Below are positions 19,299 through 32,279 of a stretch of 64,000 nt of DNA, in pieces. Source of the stretch: a virus; the IMG/VR virus record IMGVR_UViG_3300046167_000888. One strand, written 5' to 3'. Numbering within the stretch: the stretch's first letter is position 1; each line of letters starts with the position of its first letter. Made by a program: the position numbers and the translations under genes. Below the pieces are notes generated by a model. It was not told the origin of the DNA. It did no database searches and was given only the letters and a program-made list of their open reading frames with translations.

Positions 19299-22200
19299 AT
19301 GGAAGAAAGAGATAACATTATAATAAATCAAGTTGACCCATCAACTTTTGAATATCAGCAGTATACTGATAAAGATAATGCTTTAATAGCCTCATCTAAA
19401 TTAGATACTACTTTTACTTCATCTATTGATTATATAGAATATTATGCTTATGGTGAAGACCAAAGTTTAATTTTTCCTGCTCCTGGTGATAGCGTTTACC
19501 AATGCAAGAATTATAAAGTAATAGATGGTGATGTACTTATTTATCCTTCCCAAGATTTAGAAGATTTAGGATATGAAGAAGGTTCGTTCTTTTCAACATA
19601 TAATTTTTATAGAAAAAGATTAGGATCTTCTCCTGAAGTAAATTATTACATAGATGAAATAAGTGGAGATAGAACAGAAGTAAGGTTAAAAAGTAATGTT
19701 ATTGAAAATAATATTATAGTAACTTCAAGTTTAGATTTTATTCAATATAGAACTGATGCTGAATATTTTGTAGATTTTTTACTTAACTTTGGATCAGACC
19801 AACAAGTTATATGTAATAATATAGATTTAGATAATACTGATGTAGATAACCCTTCAGTACTTGTTAAATTATATGAACCACTTCCTGAAAACTTTGAATT
19901 AAAAGATGAATTATGGGTTGTAGAAGAAATATCTTCTCCCCAAGCATATAATGTAATATTTCCTGAAATTGAATTTGTACCAAACGATTTTCAATTAATA
20001 TCAGGTCCTAATTACAGTATACAAATAACACAACAAAGTGGAGAGGCATCACAAGAATTTAGCTTTGATACTTTAATTGCAAGTGATTTAACTAGTTCTT
20101 ATCAACAATTAAAAAATGTATTAGATAGAAAAGAAATTGATATATCTGTTGATTATACAGATTATAATAACTTTATTTACTTTTCTTCTGCATTATCTAG
20201 AATAGAAAATTTCTACAGTAAAGTAGGAATGATTCAATCTTCAAGTGCCGCGATTGCTGCTCTTCCAACAGATGCAGCTAATTACAGTTCAAGTAAATCA
20301 GAATTAACTACTAGTATTAGTACGTTAATTGCTAATTTTGATGGTTGGGAGTATTTTATGTATTTTAATAGTGGATCTGAAAAATCATACCCAAAATCAA
20401 ATACAGAACCTCCTTACATATTAGAACCAACTCAAAGTGCTATTGCACTAGATTGGTTAGGTAGTGCTGACCCGAGTAGTCCATATTATGGTGGTCAAGC
20501 CCTATCAGCTTCAAATTATGATTCAGAAAATGATAATTATCTTTATAATGCAATACCTGAATATTTAAGAGATGATACTGATAACCAAAAATATATTTTA
20601 TTTGTTGACATGGTTGCTCAACAATATGATAACACTTGGTTATACACAAAAAATATTACAACAAGATTTGATGCTGATAACAGATTAGATTTTGGTATTT
20701 CAAAAGATTTAGTAGCAGATGCTATTAGAGACTTTGGTGTTAAATTATATTCTAATAACTTTAATACTAGTGATCTATATACAGCATTTTTAGGACTTAC
20801 TCCATCAGGAAGTACATTCCCATTCCCAGAAATGACAGGCAGTTTCCCAACACCTTCTGGGTTTGAATACGTGAATACTGAAATATCTGCTTCAAATGAC
20901 ATAGTACCATTAGACAATGTAAATAAGTCATTATATAAACGAATTTACCATAATATACCGTATTTACTTAAAACTAAAGGTACAACAACTGGTTTAAGAG
21001 CATTAATAACATCATATGGAATCCCAGATACAATTTTAAGAATAAATGAATTTGGAGGTAAAGATAGAAACGAATTAAGAGATTGGGATTATAGTGAAAA
21101 TGTTTATAATTATGCTTTACATTTAGATGGTAATGCACAACTAACATCTTCATTTAAAACTAATCCAAATTGGCCTGAATATTCAGCTCAAGAAACAACA
21201 CCTAAATCAATACAATTTAGATTTAAAACTGACGGAATTCCAACAACATCACCTGCATATTATAACTTAGTTGTAGGAGATGATATTAGTGGTTCTCCTA
21301 GATGGTATATAACATTAGACTATACAGGCTCAGGAATGGATAGTGGTTCATATTCTGGATCAGTACCTAGCCAAAGTAATGCTTATGGTACTTTAAGATT
21401 TTATCCTGATGGTAATAATAACACTTCAGTTACTGCTAGTGTTGATGCTCCATTCTTTGATGGAGGATGGTGGTCAGTAATGGCTACAATAGATTATGAT
21501 GCTTTAAACACAGGTTCATTATTTGTAGCAAATAGAATAGGAGAAAAAATTGGATTTTCAGGATCAGATTCAGTAGGAGCTATTACTCAATATTGGAGAA
21601 CAACAGAAGATATTTACTTCCCAAGTACTGATGGTTTAGTAGTAGATTCAATTACACACCTTCCATTAACAGGTGCTTTACAAGAAGTAAGATATTGGGA
21701 TGTACCATTAAGTGAAAGCTTATTTTATGATTATGTAGTCAATCCTTATTCAACACAAGGTAATACAGTTAATATTGCACCTGATACATTAGTATTTAGA
21801 GCAGATTTAGGTACAGAATTAAATACAGGTAGTAGAGAATCAATCCACCCTAAAGTAACAGGTTCGTGGGCTACTACTTCATCATTTAATAGTGATAGTA
21901 TTTTCTATTTAACTGGTTCATTTATTCAAAATACAGAAAGTATTTATTTGAACCAAGTACCAGGAGGTATTAAAAATAGAATTTCAGATAAAATAAAAAT
22001 TGATCAGGAAGTATTACCAACAGGTTCTACATTAAGTCCATATAGATCAATTCAACAATCAGTTTATCCAAGTGGAAGTAATCCAAGTATTAATTATTTG
22101 GAAGTAGCATTTTCACCTACTGATCAAACAAACGATGATATTATAGCACAAATTGGTGCATTTAATTTAGGAGATTATATTGGTGATCCAAGACAAATAT

Positions 22201-24908
22201 CTGAATCTGGATACTCATACCCACAATTAGATGCTTTAAGAGATGCTTATTTTACAAAATATATAAACAGTTATGATGTAAATGATTTTGTTAGATTAAT
22301 AAAATTCTTTGATAATTCATTATTTAAAATGATAGAAGATTTTACACCTGCTAGAACAACATTAAGTTCAGGTGTAGTAATTAAACAAAACTTATTAGAA
22401 AGAAATAGACAAGCACCTCCATCAATGTCATTTACTACTCCTGAATATTCAGGTAGTGTAAAATCATTTCCTAGAGATTATCAAGTACCAAATTCAAGTA
22501 GCTCATATCCAGTAGATGGAATTATAAGTGGTTCTTCAATTCAAGTATTTAGAGGAGGAACTGGTGGTGTATTTGAACCATACAATAGTATTTTTACTGC
22601 ACCTATAAGCCAATCAGCTACAGAAACTTGTTTATTAGGATATTTCTTTACATCATCAAATGATTTATTAGATCCTAATTCAAATGTAGGTGAAACAGTA
22701 TTTGAAAATACAATAGGTAACTCTTCAAATACTATGAGTATAAATGTTGAAGGTACTACAGGACAAAACTATACAGACTTTTTAACATTAGTATATTCGG
22801 CTTCATTAGAAGGAGAAGTATTTGTAGAAATATCATCAGCTTCAGTTAATATTACACATCAAATAGATAAAACAGTATTTTTTGATGGGTATGGAACTGA
22901 TGAATTTGGTATAGCACCTTATGGTGATTATACTAATATGTTTGAATTTTACTTAACTGTAACAGAAAATAACCCTCCAGCATCATTTAATGATTTAGAT
23001 GAAATAGATATTTGTTTTACTGTAGGAGGACAACCATATAGTGGAAAAACAGCAGCTGAAGTTTCAGCATCAAATGCATGGGAAAGATTCCCAGATTTCC
23101 AACAAACATGGAGTGAATCAATAGTACCAAGTTTAGGTATTACTCCTCCATTTGATCAGTCTAAAACGGGATCTAATCAAGTTGGTCCTGTTAATTACCC
23201 AAGAATTGATCAGAGAGAATTTTATAATGGTGAATTCGGAAATGCAATACAGGTAGGAGCAAATGAAATATGTGATGCCTTTTTCGGTCAAGATGCTATT
23301 ATAGATTATTTCTTTAGAATCCAATGGTTTGATTCAGATTCATTCTCAGAAGAAAATTTCTTATCAGTTAATAATTTACCATTAGCTGGTAACGTATGGA
23401 TGTGGACAGATGTTTCACAAAGTTCATTTACAGGAATACCTGAAGGACAAAATTTAAATATAGTACAACAACCATTTTCAACAATAGGACCAGGTCAAGG
23501 TTCACCTGCAATAACAGCGAGTTTATCTCCAAGTAGTACTACAGGAACAGGAACTGGTTTAGTAGTAGGATTAACCCAAAGTTTTATAGGATCAGGACCA
23601 AATGTTGAAATAAATGCTTATGTTGAACAAACAGGTTCAGGATATGCTGTTAATGAAGTTTTAGATTTTGATTCTGCTGATTTAATTGCTGCCGGATTTG
23701 ATTCACCAAACACTGACCAAGCTTTAAAAATATTATTAGGTAATAATGATATAGTAACAACTACATCATCAATATCTAACAAAGTAAAATATATTAAAAT
23801 GTCTAATACTGATGTAAATGGAGTTTCTATACTTCCATTTATACAGGATTCTGATTATGTAACATTTAATTTAACTGGTGCTCAAGATTATTTAGGTAAT
23901 TTAATACAAGGATACCAAACATGGTATATTTCAAATGCTTCGATTCAAAATGATAATAATCCTGCTACAGAAGATGCTACATTATTAATTATAAACCAAC
24001 CACCATCTTCAGATGCTGTTACTTCATATGACTCATTATTTTATGATTTAACATTTAGTGCAAGTGGTGTATTTAGTTATTATGCTACAGCATCAGGAGA
24101 AGATCCAAATGTAGTACCTAGTACAGGAATTACTCAATCAGTAGCACAAGGATATTTCCCACCAGTACCTACATTCCCTACTGAATCATTCTTTAGAGGA
24201 TGGGGTAAATCAAATTATTTTGAAGGAAATGCAGATGGAACTGTTTATAGAGTAGAAACTGGAAGTGGATTTAGTACAGACACATTAGGAAACTTTAATA
24301 CAGGATCCGTAGAAATGGATTTTGATAGTTCAATACCATACACATCAAGTATAATACCATGGTTTATTAATGCTCCAGCATCTACATATCATGCTTTACA
24401 GAATTCATCATTAGTAGGAAGTTTATCAGGGTTTGCTTTACAAATGTATACAGGTTCATTAACAGCATCTGCTGTTCCAATTGGTCCTTCATTTACAGTA
24501 TTAGAAGCACCAACTCCAGAACTTACTACAGTATTACAAGGTCCAATATTCACACCACCACCAGCATCATTGTATACACAATGTAGTAGTACATTAACAC
24601 AATTCCAGCAAGTAAATTATTTTGCAGGACAAATTACAATAACGTGTACAGATCAAAGTTTACAATGGTTTACAAATATAAGTTATCAAGATGGAAATGG
24701 GTGGATAACTTTAAGTGCAACTTCGGGAACAGGAGATGCTATTATTACTGTAAATGTAGCTAATGATACTAGCTCTCAAAACTCACCGTTAGCCCCTAGA
24801 TCGGCAACAGTGACAGTTAATTCATTAACAAGTCCTGGTAATAATTACAGTTGTACTGTAACACAACAAGTATATAGTAATAACGGGTATGCACCACCAA
24901 TCCCATAA
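19299..24908 (+). CDS. Large baseplate wedge protein (gp7-like), with LamG-like and C-terminal BACON domains
   Basis: LYNAIPEYL, PYLLKTKGT..GLRALI..YGIP, FTPART motifs; LQEVRYW LamG-like; C-terminal W..LSATSGTG..RSATVTV..VTQ. Confidence 0.7.
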   Translation: MEERDNIIINQVDPSTFEYQQYTDKDNALIASSKLDTTFTSSIDYIEYYAYGEDQSLIFPAPGDSVYQCKNYKVIDGDVLIYPSQDLEDLGYEEGSFFSTYNFYRKRLGSSPEVNYYIDEISGDRTEVRLKSNVIENNIIVTSSLDFIQYRTDAEYFVDFLLNFGSDQQVICNNIDLDNTDVDNPSVLVKLYEPLPENFELKDELWVVEEISSPQAYNVIFPEIEFVPNDFQLISGPNYSIQITQQSGEASQEFSFDTLIASDLTSSYQQLKNVLDRKEIDISVDYTDYNNFIYFSSALSRIENFYSKVGMIQSSSAAIAALPTDAANYSSSKSELTTSISTLIANFDGWEYFMYFNSGSEKSYPKSNTEPPYILEPTQSAIALDWLGSADPSSPYYGGQALSASNYDSENDNYLYNAIPEYLRDDTDNQKYILFVDMVAQQYDNTWLYTKNITTRFDADNRLDFGISKDLVADAIRDFGVKLYSNNFNTSDLYTAFLGLTPSGSTFPFPEMTGSFPTPSGFEYVNTEISASNDIVPLDNVNKSLYKRIYHNIPYLLKTKGTTTGLRALITSYGIPDTILRINEFGGKDRNELRDWDYSENVYNYALHLDGNAQLTSSFKTNPNWPEYSAQETTPKSIQFRFKTDGIPTTSPAYYNLVVGDDISGSPRWYITLDYTGSGMDSGSYSGSVPSQSNAYGTLRFYPDGNNNTSVTASVDAPFFDGGWWSVMATIDYDALNTGSLFVANRIGEKIGFSGSDSVGAITQYWRTTEDIYFPSTDGLVVDSITHLPLTGALQEVRYWDVPLSESLFYDYVVNPYSTQGNTVNIAPDTLVFRADLGTELNTGSRESIHPKVTGSWATTSSFNSDSIFYLTGSFIQNTESIYLNQVPGGIKNRISDKIKIDQEVLPTGSTLSPYRSIQQSVYPSGSNPSINYLEVAFSPTDQTNDDIIAQIGAFNLGDYIGDPRQISESGYSYPQLDALRDAYFTKYINSYDVNDFVRLIKFFDNSLFKMIEDFTPARTTLSSGVVIKQNLLERNRQAPPSMSFTTPEYSGSVKSFPRDYQVPNSSSSYPVDGIISGSSIQVFRGGTGGVFEPYNSIFTAPISQSATETCLLGYFFTSSNDLLDPNSNVGETVFENTIGNSSNTMSINVEGTTGQNYTDFLTLVYSASLEGEVFVEISSASVNITHQIDKTVFFDGYGTDEFGIAPYGDYTNMFEFYLTVTENNPPASFNDLDEIDICFTVGGQPYSGKTAAEVSASNAWERFPDFQQTWSESIVPSLGITPPFDQSKTGSNQVGPVNYPRIDQREFYNGEFGNAIQVGANEICDAFFGQDAIIDYFFRIQWFDSDSFSEENFLSVNNLPLAGNVWMWTDVSQSSFTGIPEGQNLNIVQQPFSTIGPGQGSPAITASLSPSSTTGTGTGLVVGLTQSFIGSGPNVEINAYVEQTGSGYAVNEVLDFDSADLIAAGFDSPNTDQALKILLGNNDIVTTTSSISNKVKYIKMSNTDVNGVSILPFIQDSDYVTFNLTGAQDYLGNLIQGYQTWYISNASIQNDNNPATEDATLLIINQPPSSDAVTSYDSLFYDLTFSASGVFSYYATASGEDPNVVPSTGITQSVAQGYFPPVPTFPTESFFRGWGKSNYFEGNADGTVYRVETGSGFSTDTLGNFNTGSVEMDFDSSIPYTSSIIPWFINAPASTYHALQNSSLVGSLSGFALQMYTGSLTASAVPIGPSFTVLEAPTPELTTVLQGPIFTPPPASLYTQCSSTLTQFQQVNYFAGQITITCTDQSLQWFTNISYQDGNGWITLSATSGTGDAIITVNVANDTSSQNSPLAPRSATVTVNSLTSPGNNYSCTVTQQVYSNNGYAPPIP

Positions 24909-24922
24909 TATTTATAGTTAAT

Positions 24923-27900
24923 ATGTCAAACATTCAATATTACTTAAACGAAGAAAAAAATATGATTTTAGTTTCTGGTTCTTCAACCAAAGCTGGAATG
25001 AATGCTCTTTTGACTTCAAGTAAGGATCCTAGTGCAACTTTTGACCCTAATTTAACGGCAAAAATTTCCTCACTAGGAATGAATACTACTTATGTAGTAC
25101 AGAATGGTAATGATAATACTTCTTTTAATATAAATGATAATCAAGAATTATGGGTATATAGAGGTTATAATCAACAAGGAGGTACCGATGGTAACACATA
25201 TAGATATAACCCACATTTACACAGACCATATAAGGCATATATTTTAACAGAAACTGGTTCAGGTATACCAGGATTCCCTTATCTTCCTACAGGTAGTGCT
25301 ATTAATACTGATGCACAAAGTAATACTGGAGGAGATATTCCAAGTAAATATATTGAAAGACAATTATCTATTGTAGGGAATACTAGTAATGCAATTACTT
25401 CTAGTGAAGATAGTGGTTCATTTACAATATATGATGATACTAGAGGAATCCATCCATTTGTATTTACAAAATATCACACATTACCAGTTCCTAATGGTGT
25501 TGGTGCAGCTTATTTTGTATATAGAGAAGGAGAAAATTTTCAAGATCCAAGAGCATTACAATTTAATACTTCAACAGCATCCCCTTCTAACCCAGGAACA
25601 GATAAAGTAGCCTTTAATAGTTCTACTATAAACAGTATTTCACAAGTTTATATAGAAAACGATTTAGCTGTTGCCCAAGTATTAGGACCATTATCAGCAT
25701 CAATAAACAGAGGAAAAGATGGAGGTTCATTTAGAGTAGATAATGGCAATAATAATGAATTTATTGAATTTAATATTGATACTATTGATGTAAATGGCTT
25801 ACTTGCTTCTTATTGGATTATAAATGTATCATCTCCATCAACTTCAACCCCATTTACTTTATTTGGAAATAATGCTCCAATTAGTGCTTCAGTTTTAGAT
25901 TTTCCAATGTTTAAAACTACTATTGAACAACAACAAGGAACATCTCAAAATATTACTCCTTATTTAGGGGGTGGAGTTACATTTAGAACAGGATCATTTT
26001 CATATACTAGTAGTACTTTTACTCAAACAGATGGTAATGGAAACCCAGCATCGGGTTCTTCACAATTTGGTCTATATGCTGATTATGATTTTTATGTCAC
26101 ATATGAATGTACTAATACATCACCTGTTGATTTAACAATATTTTTTACAGGATCTGGTGGTTCTTTTGATTCTAATTATTTTATAGTATCCCCACAATCT
26201 GGAGCAGCATTTACAGCTTTAGTAGGTTCAGTTTCTGCCTCTGATGGTGGTACAGGAGGTATTGGTAATTTTACTAGATTTAATGATGGAACTTATGTAG
26301 GTCAAAGATTTAATAATTCAATTAACAACCCATCTAGACCAGGTGTTCCACCTAGTGATATATTTGCTACTAGATGGAGTGATGTTTATATTTCATTTTC
26401 ACAATCATTATCTGAAAGTATAGATGGTTTATATATTTTTAACCAACTACCTCAAAATGATATTCAAGTTACTGCTTCTGTTTTATTAGCTGCTTGGACA
26501 GGTAGTGATACAGGATCAAAATATGGTACTGATGAATATGGTACAGCGGAATATGGAGAAGGTGAAACTGGAGAAGGACCAACATGGCCAACAGCATCAA
26601 TAAGAATATATACTGGAAGTTATCCAACTTCAGTACCAACAACATTAGATAATTTCTTAACAGAATCAGTATACCAAAGTAGATATATTTACACACAAAG
26701 TCAAGGTGTTCCTGTAACATTTAGTTTTTCAATACCATCAGAGTCTATAGCAATTAAAGATTGTTTATCAATGGCGTTGCATGTATCTTCAGGATCTGCT
26801 CCTTCACAATCAGTTGAAAATGGTTTAGTAATAAGAAATTATAGTTTAGAATTTAATACACCTACTCAAAGTGCTCAAGGTGATGGTAGAGTACCAACAT
26901 TTATAGAAAACGCATTTGAAGGTACATTAGGATTTAGTAATACTCCTGATTGTCAACCTTTATATAATAATGTTACTGAAGAAAGAGAAAATGGAAGAAT
27001 ACAAATAGTAGAAGCTCAACCAACAGCTTCAGGATTTGGTGGTTTCCAACCCTTAAATTTCCAACCGATATTATCTGGATCAGCTGAAAAATCAACAGTA
27101 CCAGAATCTTATTATACTACATTAAGACAAATTAATCCTAGATATGATGGTTCAAGAACTACTGCTGATAAAATAAACTCAATAGATGGTTTAGGAGGTG
27201 AAGATGGTACTGAAAGAGGATTTGGATTATTACCTGTAATTGATTATCAAACAGCATATTTTGCTTATTGCGATCAGGTATTAGACCCATATCCAGTATT
27301 AAATAACGTAACACAATTTAATTTAAAATATTTAATAAACGATTCAGGTGATGCTTTACAACCTAATTTATCACCTTATACCGCTTTTGATGTAGAAGGA
27401 AGTTGGACAGAAGGAGAAGGAGCAAGAGTATCTATTAATCAAGTATCAGGTTCATCCCAATTTGACCAATTAAATGGATTAAATCCTGTAAAATTAGTAG
27501 CTAAAGAACCTGTAGCAGTATTATGGTCACAAACGGGTGCAAATACATATGCTGGTAGTGCTGTTAGATCGGTTCTATTCCATTAGCAGGTGCTCCTGGT
27601 AGTTGTATCAACATTTACTCTCTTCGTTCTTGAGCTACAACATGGCAGTTCAAGGTAGGGACTTCTGATGCTGCAAAATCAAGGATGATAAAGTTGTACC
27701 TTTAACAATTCAGCATATGTCACGAGCGAGCTGCAACAGCGGGTCTATTTACATTCTCCACTTCATCTAGATATGGGTCTGATAGCTTCTGGAACTGTAC
27801 AGCAACCAAGCTTCCCTCATCAGTAATTGTCGTCTATTGAATCGACTGCACCAAGTGGGAATGGTGGTTCAGGAGCAGGGGCAAACGTAGCAGCACTATA

Positions 27901-29387
27901 TGCTAACGTACCGGTGAATTCTTTTTTAACCAAGATTATTTTGCTATAAATAATAGCTAGTGTATAACCCTCCAGGATTTGATTATTTATCAGGTAATCA
28001 TCTATCTGATGTTTATGCAATTTACAGCTCAATTAGTAGAGTTCCCATCTACAATGCCTCTAGTAGTATAGAACAGATAGCTGGTGGTACTGGTTTGATA
28101 GTTCGGATTACAATAGAACTAATAGTGGGGGAACATTTATGTGAAATGTACAATACACATGATTACTACTAGGTACCTCAGTAATTCAGTCGGTGGGTTG
28201 ATGCTGCCAATGACTACGATTGATCAAGACCCTAATATTAAGAGGTTATTTTGGTAACAACCAAACTATTGATCTTGATTTAATAAATACTATAGGAGCT
28301 GCAAATGCAGGATTAAGAAGTGGTAATAAAGAGTATTATTTCCAAATTAACCCAAGAGCAATTCATTATGCTTATGAAAATGAGGGTATAGATGAAAAAT
28401 CGGCTCAATACGCTTCATTTATATTTAATCTAGCATCATCACCTAATAATGCAGCTATTAGAGCAAATAGAAGATATAGATGGGCTTACTATCAATATTA
28501 TATGCCTGAAAATGTAGATGCAGATAAAAATTATTGGAACCCTAGTATTAGACCTCAAAATGTAGGTAGTGGTAATACTCCATGGTCTGCATATAATGGT
28601 CCTTATATTACAGCTAGGGTAATAAGTGAAAATGGTGTTTCTAGTGCTATTGATGGTGCTTTAAATGCTCCATATTGGGCATTTTCACAATCAGCAGGTT
28701 CAGATGTAAGAGATCATATTCAATTACAATCACCAAATGGTAACGTATCTTATGGTGGAGAATATTATCAACAATATCTACCTTATACTGCTTCTGAAAA
28801 CCCACAATTTCCAGGAGGAATAGAACCAGTTGATACTTCTATTCCAGCATATAACATACCTTGGACAGTACAAGTTGGAGATGAAATTAAATTCCAAAAT
28901 AGTGAAATCCAAGTATACACAGTACAAGCTGTATTACCACCACAGGATACAACAGATAATAAATTAGTATTAGCATTAGATAGAGCAGTAACCTGCTTCA
29001 ATTAATAAAGATTTCTTTATATTAAGAAGATTTAGATACTCTCCTAATACAGTAGTATTAAATAGTTTATTCCCTTATGGAGGATTAAAAACAGATGCTG
29101 TAACACTTGATGATACATTAACAAATAGTGTAACTCATTTCTATGATGGACAAAATGGACAAAACCCTCCAGATGGGGTTGTCACCTCATCAACAGGTTC
29201 GTATTATACATCATCTATGGCTGAACAATCAACAATAAATGCACGTATTGAGTTTGTTGAAAGACCTTTAGCTAAAAAAGATAATACACCTACGGGTATT
29301 CTATTACCAGAATTCCCAACGGCGACAATAGAACTTGACCCAGATAAAGTAATTACGGACTTAAGGGATAAGAAACTTATAATTTAA
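24923..29387 (+). CDS. Large tail/baseplate structural protein, split by several frameshifts (27580-28220, ~28992)
   Basis: ORF pieces 24923-27586 and 28220-29005, plus an open frame to TAA 29387, share composition; no intervening start signals. Confidence 0.6.
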
Positions 29388-29429
29388 CATATTTATAACA
29401 TATAACAATATTTATATAAAAATAACACA

Positions 29430-30098
29430 ATGGGATATTTAAATAATTCAGTAATAACAGTTGATGCTATCTTAACTACTAAAGGAAGAGAGTTATTAGC
29501 TAGAAACGATGGTTCGTTTCAAATCACACAATTTGCACTTTCAGATGATGAAATAGATTATACACTTTATAATCCAAACCACCCATCGGGTTCTGCATAT
29601 TATGGAGAAGCTATAGATAACATGCCTCTATTAGAAGCATTTCCAAGTGAACTTCAAATAATGAAATACAAATTAACTACATTACCTAGAGGTACAGCTA
29701 AATTACCTGTATTAGATTTAGGTTATGCAGCTATTACATTAAAACAAGGAGCTCAATTAGCTATTACACCTCAAACATTAAATTATTTAGGTAACGAACA
29801 AATATTTGAAACTTCTGGATATAGTGCTACTATTGGTGATATAAGATTAATGAATACCTTCTCAGGTCAAGGAATTCAAAACGAGGTAGCATTACAAGCA
29901 AACCAAAATGCAACACAAACCATTGGTACAAATGTATCTAAAACAGTTATAGGAACACAATTTAACTTAACAGCAACTACTGTTAATACTTTATTTGGTT
30001 CTTTAACTCAATTAAGAACAACATTAACTGTAGTAGGTTTAGACAGTGGAGCCAGAATCACAATCCCAGTTACAGTAAACCAACAATCCTTAACATAA
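29430..30098 (+). CDS. Tail-collar/baseplate-associated protein (DUF3751-like N-terminus)
   Basis: VDAILTTKGRELLA...ITQFALSDDEIDY. Confidence 0.6.
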   Translation: MGYLNNSVITVDAILTTKGRELLARNDGSFQITQFALSDDEIDYTLYNPNHPSGSAYYGEAIDNMPLLEAFPSELQIMKYKLTTLPRGTAKLPVLDLGYAAITLKQGAQLAITPQTLNYLGNEQIFETSGYSATIGDIRLMNTFSGQGIQNEVALQANQNATQTIGTNVSKTVIGTQFNLTATTVNTLFGSLTQLRTTLTVVGLDSGARITIPVTVNQQSLT

Positions 30099-30105
30099 TA
30101 AAAAT

Positions 30106-31166
30106 ATGGCTTTTAAAAGACTAGATCCAGAAGATTTTGTAGTAAGTTCCGATTCAGTAACTTCAACAGTATGGAGTAATAATTCACCTTCATTAAATAC
30201 TTATTTCACCTCTTCTTCACAAAAAGATGGAACTTCAGGTCCCATATTATTTAAATATATATCAAACAGCATCAAATTCAGATTCTGCCGCTATACAATT
30301 TCAAATTGCTTACGCCAATAAAAATGGTGGGGGTGGTGTTAATTTTGATGGTTCTGTACCTTTTGTATCACCAACAACTACAATCTATGGTCAATATAGA
30401 ACTTTAGTTTTAGAGGATGAAAATGCATCTTTTGTTTGGGGAGATTCAAATACAGGTTCAGCTGATAATGATTTTTATGTTATATCTATTGAGAGAGCAA
30501 GATATAAACAATCTCTACTTCCTGGATCCTTAAATTTAACCTTATCAAGTAGTAATTCAAATGCTTCCTATTCCCAAATCCACCTAACAGATGATTCTGG
30601 TATGGTAACTTTACCTACATATTATGGTACACAAAGAGCATATCAAATTATTAGTGGTTCAGATGGTCAATCATATGATGGAGGAACAGGTTATACAGTA
30701 GCAAGTGGATCGTATGGTTTGTTCTTACCTGATATTTCAACAGTTTTATTAAATGCCGCTGCTTTAAATGATAATACAACTAATGGTGGTGGTATTAATT
30801 TAGATACAGATTATAGTAATATATTTGCTGATAACCCCGGGCAAATTACTCAATCATATATCAGGTTCAGTAGGTGATGCAAATGGTAATATTTTTGAAC
30901 TAAATTCCCAAGAAAATATATCATCAGATTATGTATTTGTAAGAACAAGAAATACTGAATTTAACTACTCAGAAAACCCATCATTTATATCAGGTTCAAC
31001 AGGAGAAGTAATTTATAATTACTTTATTAATAACCCTCAAACGTATATTACTACAGTAGGGATGTATAATGATAGTAATGAATTATTAGCAGTAGCGAAA
31101 TTATCAAAACCTCTAAATAAAGACTTTACAAAAGAAGCACTTATTAGAGTTAAATTAGATTTTTAA
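30106..31166 (+). CDS. Tail/baseplate structural protein (paralog 1); +1 frameshifts at ~30242 and ~30837
   Basis: Three ORF pieces join after removing single Cs; C-terminal YITTVGMYNDSNELLAVAKLSKPL. Confidence 0.7.
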
Positions 31167-31172
31167 GAATGA

Positions 31173-32242
31173 ATGGCGGCGTACAAAACATTAAATTCAC
31201 AGGATATAATAATATCTCCTTTAGAGGTAAGTAAAGGTTTCTCATTTGAGGGGAAATGCTTTAACTGCATCTGATGTTGGGATTGATAGATATCTAGGTA
31301 ATAAATTTGCCGTTCAATCATCAACAGGATATATAACAGAATACTCACAATCAGCTATATATTTCCAAACACAACAATTATATTACTCTAATTTTATTTC
31401 TAGTAGTAATGGTAATGTTCAAGTAGCAAATACACAATCAATAAATCCTGATGGTACTGTAACAGGTAGAATGGCGTCTAATGCCTTTGAAAACTTCATT
31501 CCAACAGATTTATTACCACAACGTTTTTGGCTTACAAGTTCATATTCAGCTGCTTCATTAACCTCGGATGGAGGGTATGGTACTGTAGAATATGGAGATG
31601 CTATTTATGGTATTAATATATTTGAACCAAAAATTGCTACATTATCTATACCTAGAAATTTATTTGGAGATTACATTATACCTAAATCATTAATAATTAC
31701 TACAGATAGTGGTAGTTATTTTGATGATGGTGAAGGTAGATTACAAATGTCTACTCCAAGTTCTAGTGTTCAAGATAGCATTACAGTTGGTAATGTTATT
31801 TATGAACATGGTATGGTTATATTTACAGGAGGTACAAGAAAAGAAGGAACTGGATTAACAGGGTTCATACGGGGATGCTGAATATGGAGATGGATTTTAT
31901 GGTGGTAGAACTGTTGGTAATAATGATTCTGAAAATTTTGTGGAAACTACCAACATTACTTGTTCATTTTCATCTTCTTTTACTATTTATGAGACGCAAT
32001 ATAAGTGTACAATAGCAGAAAGCGAATTTAATTATACACTTAACCCTACAATAATAACATCAGGGTCTAATATAGGTGCAATGCAGTCTTTTGCAACAGA
32101 ATCATATTTTGATCCATATGTTACTACAGTAGGTTTATATAACAACGATCAGGAGTTATTAGCTGTAGGAAAGTTAGCTAAACCTTTACCCACATCTAAA
32201 ACAACTGATACAACAATTTTAGTAAACATTGACAGACAATAA
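31173..32242 (+). CDS. Tail/baseplate structural protein (paralog 2); +1 frameshifts at ~31251 and ~31862
   Basis: Starts MAAYKTLNSQDIIISP; C-terminal YVTTVGLYNNDQELLAVGKLAKPL, paralogous to the preceding gene. Confidence 0.7.
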
Positions 32243-32279
32243 AACATTATATATTTATAATAAAATATAACCTTAGACC

